A stretch of DNA of 64,000 nucleotides from a virus (Duplodnaviria > Heunggongvirae > Uroviricota > Caudoviricetes). The stretch lies in the IMG/VR virus record IMGVR_UViG_3300023297_000003; one strand, given 5' to 3'. Shown piece after piece: positions 56,066 through 64,000 of the stretch. Each line of letters begins with the position of its first letter. Position 1 is the first letter of the stretch. Below the pieces are notes generated by a model, which ran no database searches, was not told where the DNA came from, and worked only from the letters and a program-made list of their open reading frames with translations. Both the position numbers and the translations under genes were made by a program.

Positions 56066-57160
56066 ATGCACAGTCTGTTGCGGAGGAATCTGATGATGTC
56101 CAAACAACGAGCACGCAAACGGATCCGTAACCTCAAGGGCAAATGGGACATCTTCCCCCAGCTTTACCTTGTAGATGGGATGAGTCCCCTGTACACCCAG
56201 GAGGGGACACGACTGGAACCCATGAGGATCAGGCTGGCCGGGGTTGGTACAGAGAAGGTGGAGGACGTCCCGGAGGGTTATGCCACGGAGGCAGACGCCC
56301 ATACCGTGGTTAAGTACACCCCCCAGATCCTGGATCTTATTCAGGGGTGGGACATCGTCAGGCACCTCCCGGAGGGACTCCATTTTTACGTTCCTTCACA
56401 GGCGCTCGCCACCTACGAATTCCTTATCGGACAGGCCCACATGCTGGCCACCAGCGGCCTGTTGACAGGGTACGACACGATGATCCGGGAGATGCTGATT
56501 GACACCTGGCTTCCGATGGTCCGTTACGCCATCAGTTTCCTGTTCGACTACGTGGACAGTCCTTCTCTTCTGTTGCCCGGCATGGACGCTACCCTGGACG
56601 CCCCGGCACTTCAGGGAGGCAGACTCAAGGTGGAGGAGACCAAGGTTTTTGACGCCAACGATGGGCCGGTCATTGACCCTGGCCGGGATGCCTCCTACCA
56701 GCTTCGGCGTTTCTATCGGAGTCTGCTGACGTTCGAGGTGTTCGCTCGGCTGGGCCTTAACGTGGAGGGTAGCGTTTTCGAATCTACCGGGATGGGAGAG
56801 TTCTACACGTTGCCCTTTGTTAATGTGCCCAAGAACGCCATGTGGACGATCTCCAATTATAACCCGGAAGGTCACCCATCCTGCCCGAAGTGCGGCTGCA
56901 TCAAGCGGGTCGACTACAGCCTCCCCGCCACAATCTGGAAGCTGGTGAGCGACCAGTACCCCCGGAACAGCCTCTGCCTTGAGTGCTTCCTGGGAGAGAT
57001 AGAGGAGGATGCCCGGATCGAAGGGCGTCCTCTTGAGTTGGGGCACTTCGAACACCTAAACATTGCCCCCCTCAAGGGGAAGGCAATGGGGTTTTCGCAC
57101 CTGGTCGATCCGCACGGTAAAGCGAAGTGGTGGCCCTGTGAAAAACAAGGAGAGGACTGA
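56066..57160 (+). CDS. hypothetical protein with C-terminal Zn finger
   Basis: 364-aa ORF, CPKC...CLEC. Confidence 0.65.
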   Translation: MHSLLRRNLMMSKQRARKRIRNLKGKWDIFPQLYLVDGMSPLYTQEGTRLEPMRIRLAGVGTEKVEDVPEGYATEADAHTVVKYTPQILDLIQGWDIVRHLPEGLHFYVPSQALATYEFLIGQAHMLATSGLLTGYDTMIREMLIDTWLPMVRYAISFLFDYVDSPSLLLPGMDATLDAPALQGGRLKVEETKVFDANDGPVIDPGRDASYQLRRFYRSLLTFEVFARLGLNVEGSVFESTGMGEFYTLPFVNVPKNAMWTISNYNPEGHPSCPKCGCIKRVDYSLPATIWKLVSDQYPRNSLCLECFLGEIEEDARIEGRPLELGHFEHLNIAPLKGKAMGFSHLVDPHGKAKWWPCEKQGED

Positions 57161-57684
57161 TGCGCTACTTTGTGTACCAGATGAGGGAAAACGAACTGCC
57201 GATCTTTAGGAAGGCCCCGAATTCCGATGCATTGGTCTTGGGCTGTGAGGGTGAGAATGTCCTCCAGATTATTAAGCCTGACCGAGTGATCTTCCCGCTG
57301 TTTTCGTCTTCGTTGAGGGACGCCAATCCCCGGAAGGCGTGGGCTTTCTTTAGGAATGTCACAATCAAGGAACGGGTGCAGGCGCTGGCTGATGTGGCCC
57401 ATGAGGCTGCTGAAGCCAACCTCGTTATCGTGGCCGTGTCCCAGCAGCCGGACGCTGTGCGCCTGGATGACGGATCCGTGGAGTGGTCTATGGTCTGCGG
57501 CATCGGCGTCATACGGGCCGTCCCAGGGCCTCTGTGGGACGCTTCCAGCGACACGCTCAAGGTCGGGGTGAAGTCGTGGATGGAACTGCCCGACACCTGG
57601 GATGGTACAGAATCTGGGGTCCAGGCCGTGCGGTCCCTTCTGTTTGGGGACTTGCCGGAACGACCGGACTCACAAACTGACTGA
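57160..57684 (+). CDS. hypothetical protein, paralog of 42778..43626
   Basis: shared motifs; TGATG coupling to the upstream gene. Confidence 0.7.
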   Translation: MRYFVYQMRENELPIFRKAPNSDALVLGCEGENVLQIIKPDRVIFPLFSSSLRDANPRKAWAFFRNVTIKERVQALADVAHEAAEANLVIVAVSQQPDAVRLDDGSVEWSMVCGIGVIRAVPGPLWDASSDTLKVGVKSWMELPDTWDGTESGVQAVRSLLFGDLPERPDSQTD

Positions 57685-57694
57685 GGAGGATCCG

Positions 57695-58063
57695 ATGTGT
57701 GAAAGTGAAAGCGGGACTCAGAGGCCCTGGACGGTTGAGAGGGTACGGGAGGAGTATGACACAGCCGTAGCGAGCGGGGAGGACTGCGGGTTCGGTCCTG
57801 AGCACGTGGGGACATTATTTCGGGCACTGGATGCCTGGAAGAACCGGGCGGAACAGTGCTGGGATCTCCTGGACGACGTCAGCACCTTGAATGACGCAGC
57901 CAAAAGTGATGACAGTCTTTTCCGTAGACTTGTAGAGAACAGGGTTGAACTGCGTAGCCGGTTGGCACAGTCAGAGGACGGCTACACGCTGACGTGGAAG
58001 ACCCCGGTTCCTAGTCCGGTAACTGATGTGCTTCCTGCGGACAGCAAGGAACTCAAGACTTAG
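57695..58063 (+). CDS. hypothetical protein
   Basis: MCESES... behind GAGGAGG. Confidence 0.55.
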   Translation: MCESESGTQRPWTVERVREEYDTAVASGEDCGFGPEHVGTLFRALDAWKNRAEQCWDLLDDVSTLNDAAKSDDSLFRRLVENRVELRSRLAQSEDGYTLTWKTPVPSPVTDVLPADSKELKT

Positions 58064-58592
58064 TTCGTTTCGTGTAGGCAAGGATGCCTCTTTGCTTCCT
58101 TTGCCAGCAGACGGCTGCGGTCGAGATCCCCAGTTTTCGAGCCAACGTAGAGTCAGTCATCGTTCCTAAAAAGACAGCCTGCTGACTCCAGTTTACCCTG
58201 TGGTATGCTGGACCCCTCCTTCGTCGGCGTTCCGCATGTACTGCAGACCAATGGCTTCCTGTTTTTCGAGCTACCTCTAGGTAGTGTTGGTCGAAAAGGT
58301 CTTCGTCCGTAAGGTTGGCAAAGGAACTTTTAGATGCTCTTGGGATGCCCCTTTGTTGCCGTTGAAGACCTATTGCTTGAATGGATATCCCGTACTCTGC
58401 TGCAATCTGAACGTCCGTCACCTTTCCTAAAGGGATGACGCTCCAGTCGATGGGTTGCTTGTGTGCGGGGATTCCCCGTGTCCTCCGATAAAGGGCTACA
58501 GCGGCTCTGGTGACCCCAGCTTTTTTGGCGACTACCGAGTCAGATACGGTGCCCACCAGATCCTTGAAGGGTTCGACTTTGCTGTGTGGCAT
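58053..58592 (-). CDS. protein of four tandem HTH repeats
   Basis: LVGTVSDSVVAKKAGVTRAAV..YR..RGI / LGKVTDVQIAAEYGISIQAI..QR..RGI / LGTMTDSTLARKLGISTAAV..QR..RGI. Confidence 0.75.
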   Translation of the reverse strand: MPHSKVEPFKDLVGTVSDSVVAKKAGVTRAAVALYRRTRGIPAHKQPIDWSVIPLGKVTDVQIAAEYGISIQAIGLQRQQRGIPRASKSSFANLTDEDLFDQHYLEVARKTGSHWSAVHAERRRRRGPAYHRVNWSQQAVFLGTMTDSTLARKLGISTAAVCWQRKQRGILAYTKRTKS

Positions 58593-58602
58593 GAAACGTC
58601 TC

Positions 58603-58917
58603 CTAGAACTGTGGAATCTTCTTCACTTCATCCTTGGTCCGAATAGTCGTCCGGGTGGTGCCACAGATTCGGCAGGTCTGCATCCACTGGGGGGTCTCTT
58701 TCCGGGGGACGTGACAGGGGCCTCGAAAGTCGACGCCCATCGTGCCGGGCGCATCGCCAGGGATGGTATAGGCTTCCTGGACGATCGGCTTGTAGACCGG
58801 GTCGGTGTAGTCGTGCTGGCAGGACCGAACGATGTGAGCCAGGGCGTGCTGTGCCGCCTTGAGATCCCGCTTGGCGGTGGCGGCACGTTCTCTTGCTTGT
58901 GTTGCTTCGACGTTCAT
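58603..58917 (-). CDS. hypothetical protein (coiled coil + Zn ribbon)
   Basis: CQHDY...CRICG. Confidence 0.6.
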   Translation of the reverse strand: MNVEATQARERAATAKRDLKAAQHALAHIVRSCQHDYTDPVYKPIVQEAYTIPGDAPGTMGVDFRGPCHVPRKETPQWMQTCRICGTTRTTIRTKDEVKKIPQF

Positions 58918-59132
58918 TTCAGCACCCCCTTGTCATTGAGGAAACGGAACAGTTTGCGGAGCCGCTTGGGGACTTGAATCGTATTCCAGCCCTTCTCCTG
59001 GCAAGGCCAGCAAGGCTGGAACACCCCCGAGTTGATGTTCAGAACAGCCACGTTCTCCTTACAGACCGGACAGGGCATGTCATGATCGACACCCATCCCA
59101 GCGTTTACAATCTTGATCGTCAGAGGATCCAT
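58914..59132 (-). CDS. small zinc-finger protein
   Basis: CPVC...CWPC; AGGAGG RBS. Confidence 0.65.
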   Translation of the reverse strand: MDPLTIKIVNAGMGVDHDMPCPVCKENVAVLNINSGVFQPCWPCQEKGWNTIQVPKRLRKLFRFLNDKGVLK

Positions 59133-59148
59133 CCGCCAACCTCCTGGT

Positions 59149-59475
59149 TCATCTACTCAGGCGGGGACTCGGATGATCTTTGGGCTGTTTGCCCAGGTCC
59201 AACCAGCCAGCCCTCTGGTACCTGCGGGAATGTATGTACCCAGCATATTCTAGGGCATTTGCTGCCGCCACCTTCCGCACCACAGCAAAGGGTCGGTGTC
59301 CGCACCGTTGACAGATGGACTGGTCAAACCAGACCAGGAAGTGCCTTGTGTGGGGGTACCTCCTGGTCCAGGCTGGGGCTAGTGACGTTCGGGGGGCCAG
59401 GGCGAGTCGTTTCTCAAGCCCGTAGCTGTGAACTTCGCAGGGCTCTCGCCTGAACCATTGCCAGGGCCACCTCAT
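59149..59475 (-). CDS. hypothetical protein
   Basis: 108-aa ORF. Confidence 0.45.
   Translation of the reverse strand: MRWPWQWFRREPCEVHSYGLEKRLALAPRTSLAPAWTRRYPHTRHFLVWFDQSICQRCGHRPFAVVRKVAAANALEYAGYIHSRRYQRAGWLDLGKQPKDHPSPRLSR
59153..59178 (-). promoter_or_regulatory. class A promoter GATCATC-N13-GAGTAG
   Basis: exact match, 20 nt upstream of ATG 59132. Confidence 0.78.
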
Positions 59476-59516
59476 GACTTATCCTTCAAGGGCGACTTGG
59501 CGAGATCGCTCATGGG

Positions 59517-59729
59517 TCAGTCCCCTGGGTCCATTACATACTTACCCCCTGCACACAGGGGACAGGTGGTGAAGCGCTCCTTATAGGTCCAACCATATGG
59601 ATCTACCACCCGGCCACTGCCTTTGCACTTCGGACACGGCTCCAATTCCGGGGGCTTCACCCGCCCGTCCTTCGGCTTATCCAGGTTCGGGGGCAGTCTC
59701 TCACACTTTGGCTTTCGTTTGCGGCTCAT
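59517..59729 (-). CDS. DnaJ-type CxxCxGxG zinc-finger mini-protein
   Basis: CPKCKGSG...CPLCAGG. Confidence 0.65.
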   Translation of the reverse strand: MSRKRKPKCERLPPNLDKPKDGRVKPPELEPCPKCKGSGRVVDPYGWTYKERFTTCPLCAGGKYVMDPGD

Positions 59730-59745
59730 GCTGTTGCTCCTTCCC

Positions 59746-60057
59746 TCAGCCGTTCCCGTGTAATTTGGGGTCGTAGTCTTCTCCATAAACTTCTCTGCCA
59801 GCTTCCGCCAACACTTTGACCCTTATTTCCTTGGTGCAGGCATTCATTACCGACCATGCCTCCCCAAACCGCTCCACTATTTTGGTTTTGAACAGGGCTC
59901 GGACTTGCTCTCTTCGGGCTTGGACGTAGTTGTAGCCCTCGAAGTTCTCTTCGATTCGGGGGTCCATTGCAAAGAGGGCCTCCTTCAAGTCTTCCGACAG
60001 TCCATTGGCGTACTCCACTATCAAGTAGCCAATGTGGTCACAGTCGGCGGCGTTCAT
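59746..60057 (-). CDS. hypothetical protein
   Basis: 103-aa ORF with GGAGG RBS. Confidence 0.6.
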   Translation of the reverse strand: MNAADCDHIGYLIVEYANGLSEDLKEALFAMDPRIEENFEGYNYVQARREQVRALFKTKIVERFGEAWSVMNACTKEIRVKVLAEAGREVYGEDYDPKLHGNG

Positions 60058-60090
60058 CTGGTTCCTCCCTTGTTTGCCTCTTGTGCATTC

Positions 60091-60420
60091 CTAACCAGCT
60101 ATCTTGAGCGCACTGAAAACGATAACACAGGCGACGATGACGGCGAGTGATCCGATGAGGGATAGGAAGGGCCGGGGGTTGACTTCTCTTTTCCCAATGA
60201 GGTACAGGACGACCCCGGCCAGGAAGAAGACTGAGAAAAGGGTCTTGAAAGCTACGTGCGCTTCCCACGCAGCCGTCATTTCAGCGTGCATGAAATGAAC
60301 CACCGTCAGGAGAAACACAGACCCCGTTAGAGCGAGGTCGTGCGCTAGACGTTTTAGCGAATCGGCCAGAGCATTGTTAGTCATCTGTATCTCCTTGGCT
60401 TGCTGGGGGAAGCGGCTCAT
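60091..60420 (-). CDS. membrane protein (3 TM)
   Basis: three hydrophobic segments; TGATG coupling. Confidence 0.55.
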   Translation of the reverse strand: MSRFPQQAKEIQMTNNALADSLKRLAHDLALTGSVFLLTVVHFMHAEMTAAWEAHVAFKTLFSVFFLAGVVLYLIGKREVNPRPFLSLIGSLAVIVACVIVFSALKIAG

Positions 60421-61133
60421 CAGCAAGACCCCTTGGTCACCATCGTGTTCTTCTGGGGGCAGTCGGGAGCGTGGTCCTCGATGGTATAGAGCAGCTTTCC
60501 GCACGCTTCGCAGCGGCAGACTCGCCCGTGGTACTCGTCCAGGGCACACTTGGCGTCGTCCTGTAGATCCTCCAGGACAGGGGACGGCATGATGCCGTAA
60601 TCGACCAGGGCCTCCAGGGCCTCCACCAGGGTGCTCACGCACACCGGCTTCGGGTTGTAGAGCTTGTGGAACTCGGGCGAGTCCCCGGTTATGAGCAGGG
60701 TGTCGATGGCCCTGTAGGCGCTCGTTACGGTCCTGAACCACCCGGCACCGGGGATCGGGTTGATCCTGTCCTTGGACACGCCCCAGCCGCCCGTGACGGA
60801 CTCACCGTCGCAGAGACGGGGCTGAGCGAAGGTCATCCTGTAGACCTTGAGCCCCCTGTACTCATACTCGTCTCGCCCCTTGGGTATCATGTTGCGGAGG
60901 TGACCAAGGGCCGTCTGAATGGCGGAAGTGACCTTTGTACGCCCCAGGAAGTTCGGGGCCATGATGTCCAGTATTTCCGTTAGATGGGCAATGACGACCC
61001 GTCGTTCTTCGAGATCCTGGATGGTCCCCACGTTGTGGATCTCTTCGGGGTTCCCGCTGAGTACGGCTACCAGGCAGTGTGATGAGATCAGGTTGGCTTG
61101 CTTGCTCAGGCCGTCTTTCGTCTTTCTGGGCAT
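60420..61133 (-). CDS. hypothetical protein
   Basis: 237-aa ORF, AGGAGG RBS, class A promoter upstream. Confidence 0.7.
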   Translation of the reverse strand: MPRKTKDGLSKQANLISSHCLVAVLSGNPEEIHNVGTIQDLEERRVVIAHLTEILDIMAPNFLGRTKVTSAIQTALGHLRNMIPKGRDEYEYRGLKVYRMTFAQPRLCDGESVTGGWGVSKDRINPIPGAGWFRTVTSAYRAIDTLLITGDSPEFHKLYNPKPVCVSTLVEALEALVDYGIMPSPVLEDLQDDAKCALDEYHGRVCRCEACGKLLYTIEDHAPDCPQKNTMVTKGSC

Positions 61134-61154
61134 TGTGGTGTCCTCCTACCCAGA

Positions 61155-61180
61155 CTACTCTGCCGCCTGACGAGATGATC
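61155..61180 (-). promoter_or_regulatory. class A promoter GATCATC-N13-GAGTAG
   Basis: exact match, 21 nt upstream of ATG 61133. Confidence 0.78.
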
Positions 61181-61221
61181 CCATAGGACACCCACTTAAG
61201 GTGATCGACAGTGTTAGTTCT

Positions 61222-61473
61222 TTATGTTCCCCTGACATGCGGTCGGCTCATTGACCAGCCGCCGCCCACGGACGTGGTGGACACCCCTCGTTTCCGGTTC
61301 TTGTACCGAGGGATCCACCCTGCGGTGCAGCCGCCGAGGACATATGCCACCCCATTCTTGTAGCGACCCCTCACCGGCTTGTTGCCGTCAAGACACCGAC
61401 CCCGGCGCTTCTGTCCGCAGGCTTTGCACGTCCCGAACCCCGGCATCTGCTGCATCTGTTCCCAGCTAGGCAT
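61222..61473 (-). CDS. small Cys-containing hypothetical protein
   Basis: AGGAG RBS; CKAC. Confidence 0.45.
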   Translation of the reverse strand: MPSWEQMQQMPGFGTCKACGQKRRGRCLDGNKPVRGRYKNGVAYVLGGCTAGWIPRYKNRKRGVSTTSVGGGWSMSRPHVRGT

Positions 61474-61478
61474 CGGGG

Positions 61479-62114
61479 CTACTCCTCGACGGGCTTGTCC
61501 GAGACCAGAGGGTTGGCCGGAAGGATGAAGTCGAACTCGTCTTCATCCAGTTTGGGGATGAAGGAGGAGAAGGGTACCCACAGGTCCTGGGTGCGGTAGC
61601 GCATGGCCTGTTTCGTATCCTCGATTTCCTCAGCCAGCGCCCACATCTCGTCGTAGAGTCCCTGGAGGCGTTTGCAGAACTCCAAAAGGGTGGTGGCAGA
61701 CTGAAGTTCAGGGAAGTCCGCAGCTAACCCTGTGAGATCCTTTTGTGACAGAGAGGCGAAGATCTCCTTCTCTAGTGTCGGGTATTTCTCCCCCACGTAG
61801 TTTTTGAGGATGTCCGACAGAACCAACCATCTGGAGTGCCGGTGACCGAACTTGGCCAGCATACAACGAAGGGACTCTTTGCCAAAGACTTGTTCCGACC
61901 GTTCGATCAGGCTGGTCATAAGGGCTATGATGACCAGAACGAGAGCAATGAAGAAAAAGATCATGGACAACGTAAGCGGGACGGAGGACCACGACACAGC
62001 GTCTGGAGCGCACATTTTTGCGGCGGTGCTTACGCAAGGTTCCGTCCACCCACAGATTCGCTCTATGAGGAACCCACACCCGGTGGAAATAGCGGCCAGT
62101 ACGAAAAGATACAT
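61479..62114 (-). CDS. membrane-anchored hypothetical protein
   Basis: two N-terminal hydrophobic segments. Confidence 0.6.
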   Translation of the reverse strand: MYLFVLAAISTGCGFLIERICGWTEPCVSTAAKMCAPDAVSWSSVPLTLSMIFFFIALVLVIIALMTSLIERSEQVFGKESLRCMLAKFGHRHSRWLVLSDILKNYVGEKYPTLEKEIFASLSQKDLTGLAADFPELQSATTLLEFCKRLQGLYDEMWALAEEIEDTKQAMRYRTQDLWVPFSSFIPKLDEDEFDFILPANPLVSDKPVEE

Positions 62115-62159
62115 TGGGACCTCCTTCGGTCAGTTACACATTGAACACAACACTAGACA

Positions 62160-62459
62160 TCATCGCTCTACTCCAACGACACCCCACCAGTCACGGGCGG
62201 GGTCGATATAGTAGGCGCAGTCGAACATTGAAAGAGCGTCGTAGTAGATGTGCCGGGGTTCCCGGTCCACCACGGTCTCGTCACGTAGGACGAGCGTGAT
62301 CGGGACTTTCATCCAGGACTGTGAAAGCGCTGCGTCCAGTATCACACTCTTATTTTCCCCAGCACCTCCGCCGTCAAAGGTCACCTTGAATGAAAGGTCT
62401 CCTCCCTCGGCGTGGATTGTCAGTGTCCCCATTGGGTCGTTGCCGCATTTGAAGCCCAT
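62160..62459 (-). CDS. hypothetical protein
   Basis: MGFKCGND... behind GGAGGGGG. Confidence 0.55.
   Translation of the reverse strand: MGFKCGNDPMGTLTIHAEGGDLSFKVTFDGGGAGENKSVILDAALSQSWMKVPITLVLRDETVVDREPRHIYYDALSMFDCAYYIDPARDWWGVVGVER
62168..62178 (-). promoter_or_regulatory. class B promoter CGTTGGAGTAG
   Basis: exact 11-mer upstream of 62114. Confidence 0.5.
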
Positions 62460-62460
62460 G

Positions 62461-62805
62461 TCAGCCCCCCTCCGCACGATGCAGAGCCGCAAGCCGCTCC
62501 TTGTCGATGTCCCCCAGGATCTCAGTGGCCAGTGCATCCACAGCGGCGTGGTTCTTTACACCCTCTGGGTGCCGGGTCAGCATACGGGAAACGAACTCCC
62601 TGACAAGCGCTGGGTCGGGGCACTCGTTGCACGGACACCGCTCACTGGTCACGAGGTCGATGTACCCCTGTCCCCGTGTCCGCTGGAGGATCTGGTACAA
62701 CTGCGTCGTGTGCCTGGGGGTGTTGGCTCCCAGGGTATGGAGCACCCTCAGGGTCACATGGAAGTCCCTGCGGAGTTTGGCCCATTGCTCGCAACAGGTG
62801 ATCAT
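62461..62805 (-). CDS. hypothetical protein
   Basis: 114-aa ORF, ATGA overlap. Confidence 0.55.
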   Translation of the reverse strand: MITCCEQWAKLRRDFHVTLRVLHTLGANTPRHTTQLYQILQRTRGQGYIDLVTSERCPCNECPDPALVREFVSRMLTRHPEGVKNHAAVDALATEILGDIDKERLAALHRAEGG

Positions 62806-62993
62806 CGGATCAGCCCTTCCTTTTTTGGATCCCCACAGTCGTCTTGCAATCCGACCAACCCCGTTTTAAGGAGGTGCTCAGTCAGACGTCCTATACCATC
62901 CTCGATACCCTCACCGGGTAGAAGTTGTGCTAAGACCCACAACTCCGTGGCGAGATCCTCAATCTTCGGTATCGCTTGGTTGGCAGTTCCCAC
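62802..62993 (-). CDS. hypothetical protein
   Basis: 63-aa ORF, GGAGG RBS, class A promoter upstream. Confidence 0.6.
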   Translation of the reverse strand: MGTANQAIPKIEDLATELWVLAQLLPGEGIEDGIGRLTEHLLKTGLVGLQDDCGDPKKEGLIR

Positions 62994-63032
62994 CTAAGTC
63001 GTCCTCCGTTTTTTTCTCTACGGTCACTTGAG

Positions 63033-63058
63033 CTACTCTGCGGAGTCCTCAGATGATC
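63033..63058 (-). promoter_or_regulatory. class A promoter GATCATC-N13-GAGTAG
   Basis: exact match upstream of 62993. Confidence 0.75.
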
Positions 63059-63254
63059 CCTTGATGGGAAGGACCGGGTCAAAGGGCCAGGGTTCGCTGG
63101 GACCAGCCTCACCCCTCAGTTGTTTCCCCACTGCATCCACGATGACTCCCTTAAGTTTCCTGAGTGTCTCCTCAGATGGTTCGTACTTTCCGCAGTGCAG
63201 ACCGCCTGTACTGATCACGATGCGGGTCTTCTTTGTTGCGTCTGTCATAATCAC
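63033..63254 (-). CDS. hypothetical protein
   Basis: 73-aa ORF with AAGGAG RBS. Confidence 0.55.
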   Translation of the reverse strand: MIMTDATKKTRIVISTGGLHCGKYEPSEETLRKLKGVIVDAVGKQLRGEAGPSEPWPFDPVLPIKGSSEDSAE

Positions 63255-63296
63255 TCCTTGGGTTCGGGCCTGTTTTTCCGGGTACCCCTACTACAT

Positions 63297-63322
63297 CTAC
63301 TCTAAGGATGCCTCGGATGACC
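63297..63322 (-). promoter_or_regulatory. class A promoter variant (GGTCATC-N13-GAGTAG)
   Basis: one mismatch, correct spacing. Confidence 0.6.
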
Positions 63323-63506
63323 CTCTTTGCAAGGTGTCTGTGATGTCAACCTGGATGGCCCGCAACCGTCGCCGGATCAGGAGGGCCTCGTTGCGGGTCC
63401 GGGTGTCGGCTACAACGTAACCTGAAGCGTGCTTCACCTCCCAGCGTTTCGTGTCGTAGTTGAGTTCTACCCTATAGGTCAGGAAGTGGCAGTCGTGTCC
63501 GGGCAT
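63297..63506 (-). CDS. hypothetical protein
   Basis: 69-aa ORF. Confidence 0.5.
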   Translation of the reverse strand: MPGHDCHFLTYRVELNYDTKRWEVKHASGYVVADTRTRNEALLIRRRLRAIQVDITDTLQRGSSEASLE

Positions 63507-63512
63507 GTTGCC

Positions 63513-63902
63513 CTAGCGGGAAAGTGGGTGCGAACCGTCGTCGGGAACTGTCCAGGCTTCATGTCGAGTCTGAAGGGAGTCCTTCTTGGTGGTCCGGCGT
63601 TCCTCGGCATCCAGCCGTCGTCGGTTTAAGACCTCCACAATGGCACACTCCACAGCGACCAAGGCTTGTTCTACAGCGGGGTTCCAAGGTCCATTCTCCC
63701 ACGTCTGAGCTACACTGTCGGCTACGAGCATCCAGTGGGACCTGTTCAGATCCGAGATCGTTTTCGGGGGTGAATGCTCGGGTGTGTCAGCGATGCTAAC
63801 ACAAAGGCCCGAGTGCGCCCAGAACACAAGTACACCATTCCGATAGTAGGTGAGCCGGACCTGCAACATGTCGTCACGGAGGAAGACGAAGTGGGCAGGC
63901 AT
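63513..63902 (-). CDS. hypothetical protein
   Basis: 129-aa ORF. Confidence 0.5.
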   Translation of the reverse strand: MPAHFVFLRDDMLQVRLTYYRNGVLVFWAHSGLCVSIADTPEHSPPKTISDLNRSHWMLVADSVAQTWENGPWNPAVEQALVAVECAIVEVLNRRRLDAEERRTTKKDSLQTRHEAWTVPDDGSHPLSR

Positions 63903-64000
63903 GACAGACTGCTTGAACAGGTCCTGTTGGTTGAAAATGTCCCTGAAGCGTCCGACCCACTCAGGGACTCGACGGGCCTTGATGCGATTGCGGGCTGCTC

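Noticed and set aside
1-64000. tRNA or rRNA genes
   Set aside because: No cloverleaf or rRNA signature found by eye; tRNAscan-SE/Aragorn would be decisive.

Overview
Gene-dense window of mostly short ORFs in strand-coherent blocks. It is most consistent with part of a large (jumbo-type) bacteriophage or phage-like element. This is an inference: no capsid, terminase or polymerase gene was recognised here, and the host is unknown. Recognisable genes include a ParB/Srx-like protein, a divergent adenylosuccinate-synthetase (PurA-like) gene coupled to a VWA gene, DUF4419, a metallophosphoesterase, a truncated ClpP, two nucleoside 2-deoxyribosyltransferase-like proteins (one fused to NUDIX), DUF5131 (gp37/gp68-like), a DHH/DHHA1 phosphoesterase and a sigma-70/ECF-like factor. 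Five features stand out. (1) There are seven IS607-type insertions in three families, all at GG^T-type targets: two complete tnpA+tnpB elements, one tnpB-only, one truncated tnpB and three protein-free MITEs (two keep a complete omegaRNA/right end; one is truncated). Two empty sites can be rebuilt in frame. (2) A bipartite promoter-like motif, GATCATC-N13-GAGTAG, occurs 14 times exactly plus 6 variants, and mostly points into a nearby gene start. (3) Three paralogous proteins are built from about 14 tandem integrase core-binding (SAM-like) domains with no catalytic domain. (4) A cluster of small proteins shares an LLTAxDY peptide at the N- or C-terminus. (5) A CCCACAGAATCTAG repeat cluster lies near one of two AC-to-GT strand-skew switches. 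No CRISPR array, tRNA or rRNA was seen. All family calls come from motif recognition by eye, not from database searches.
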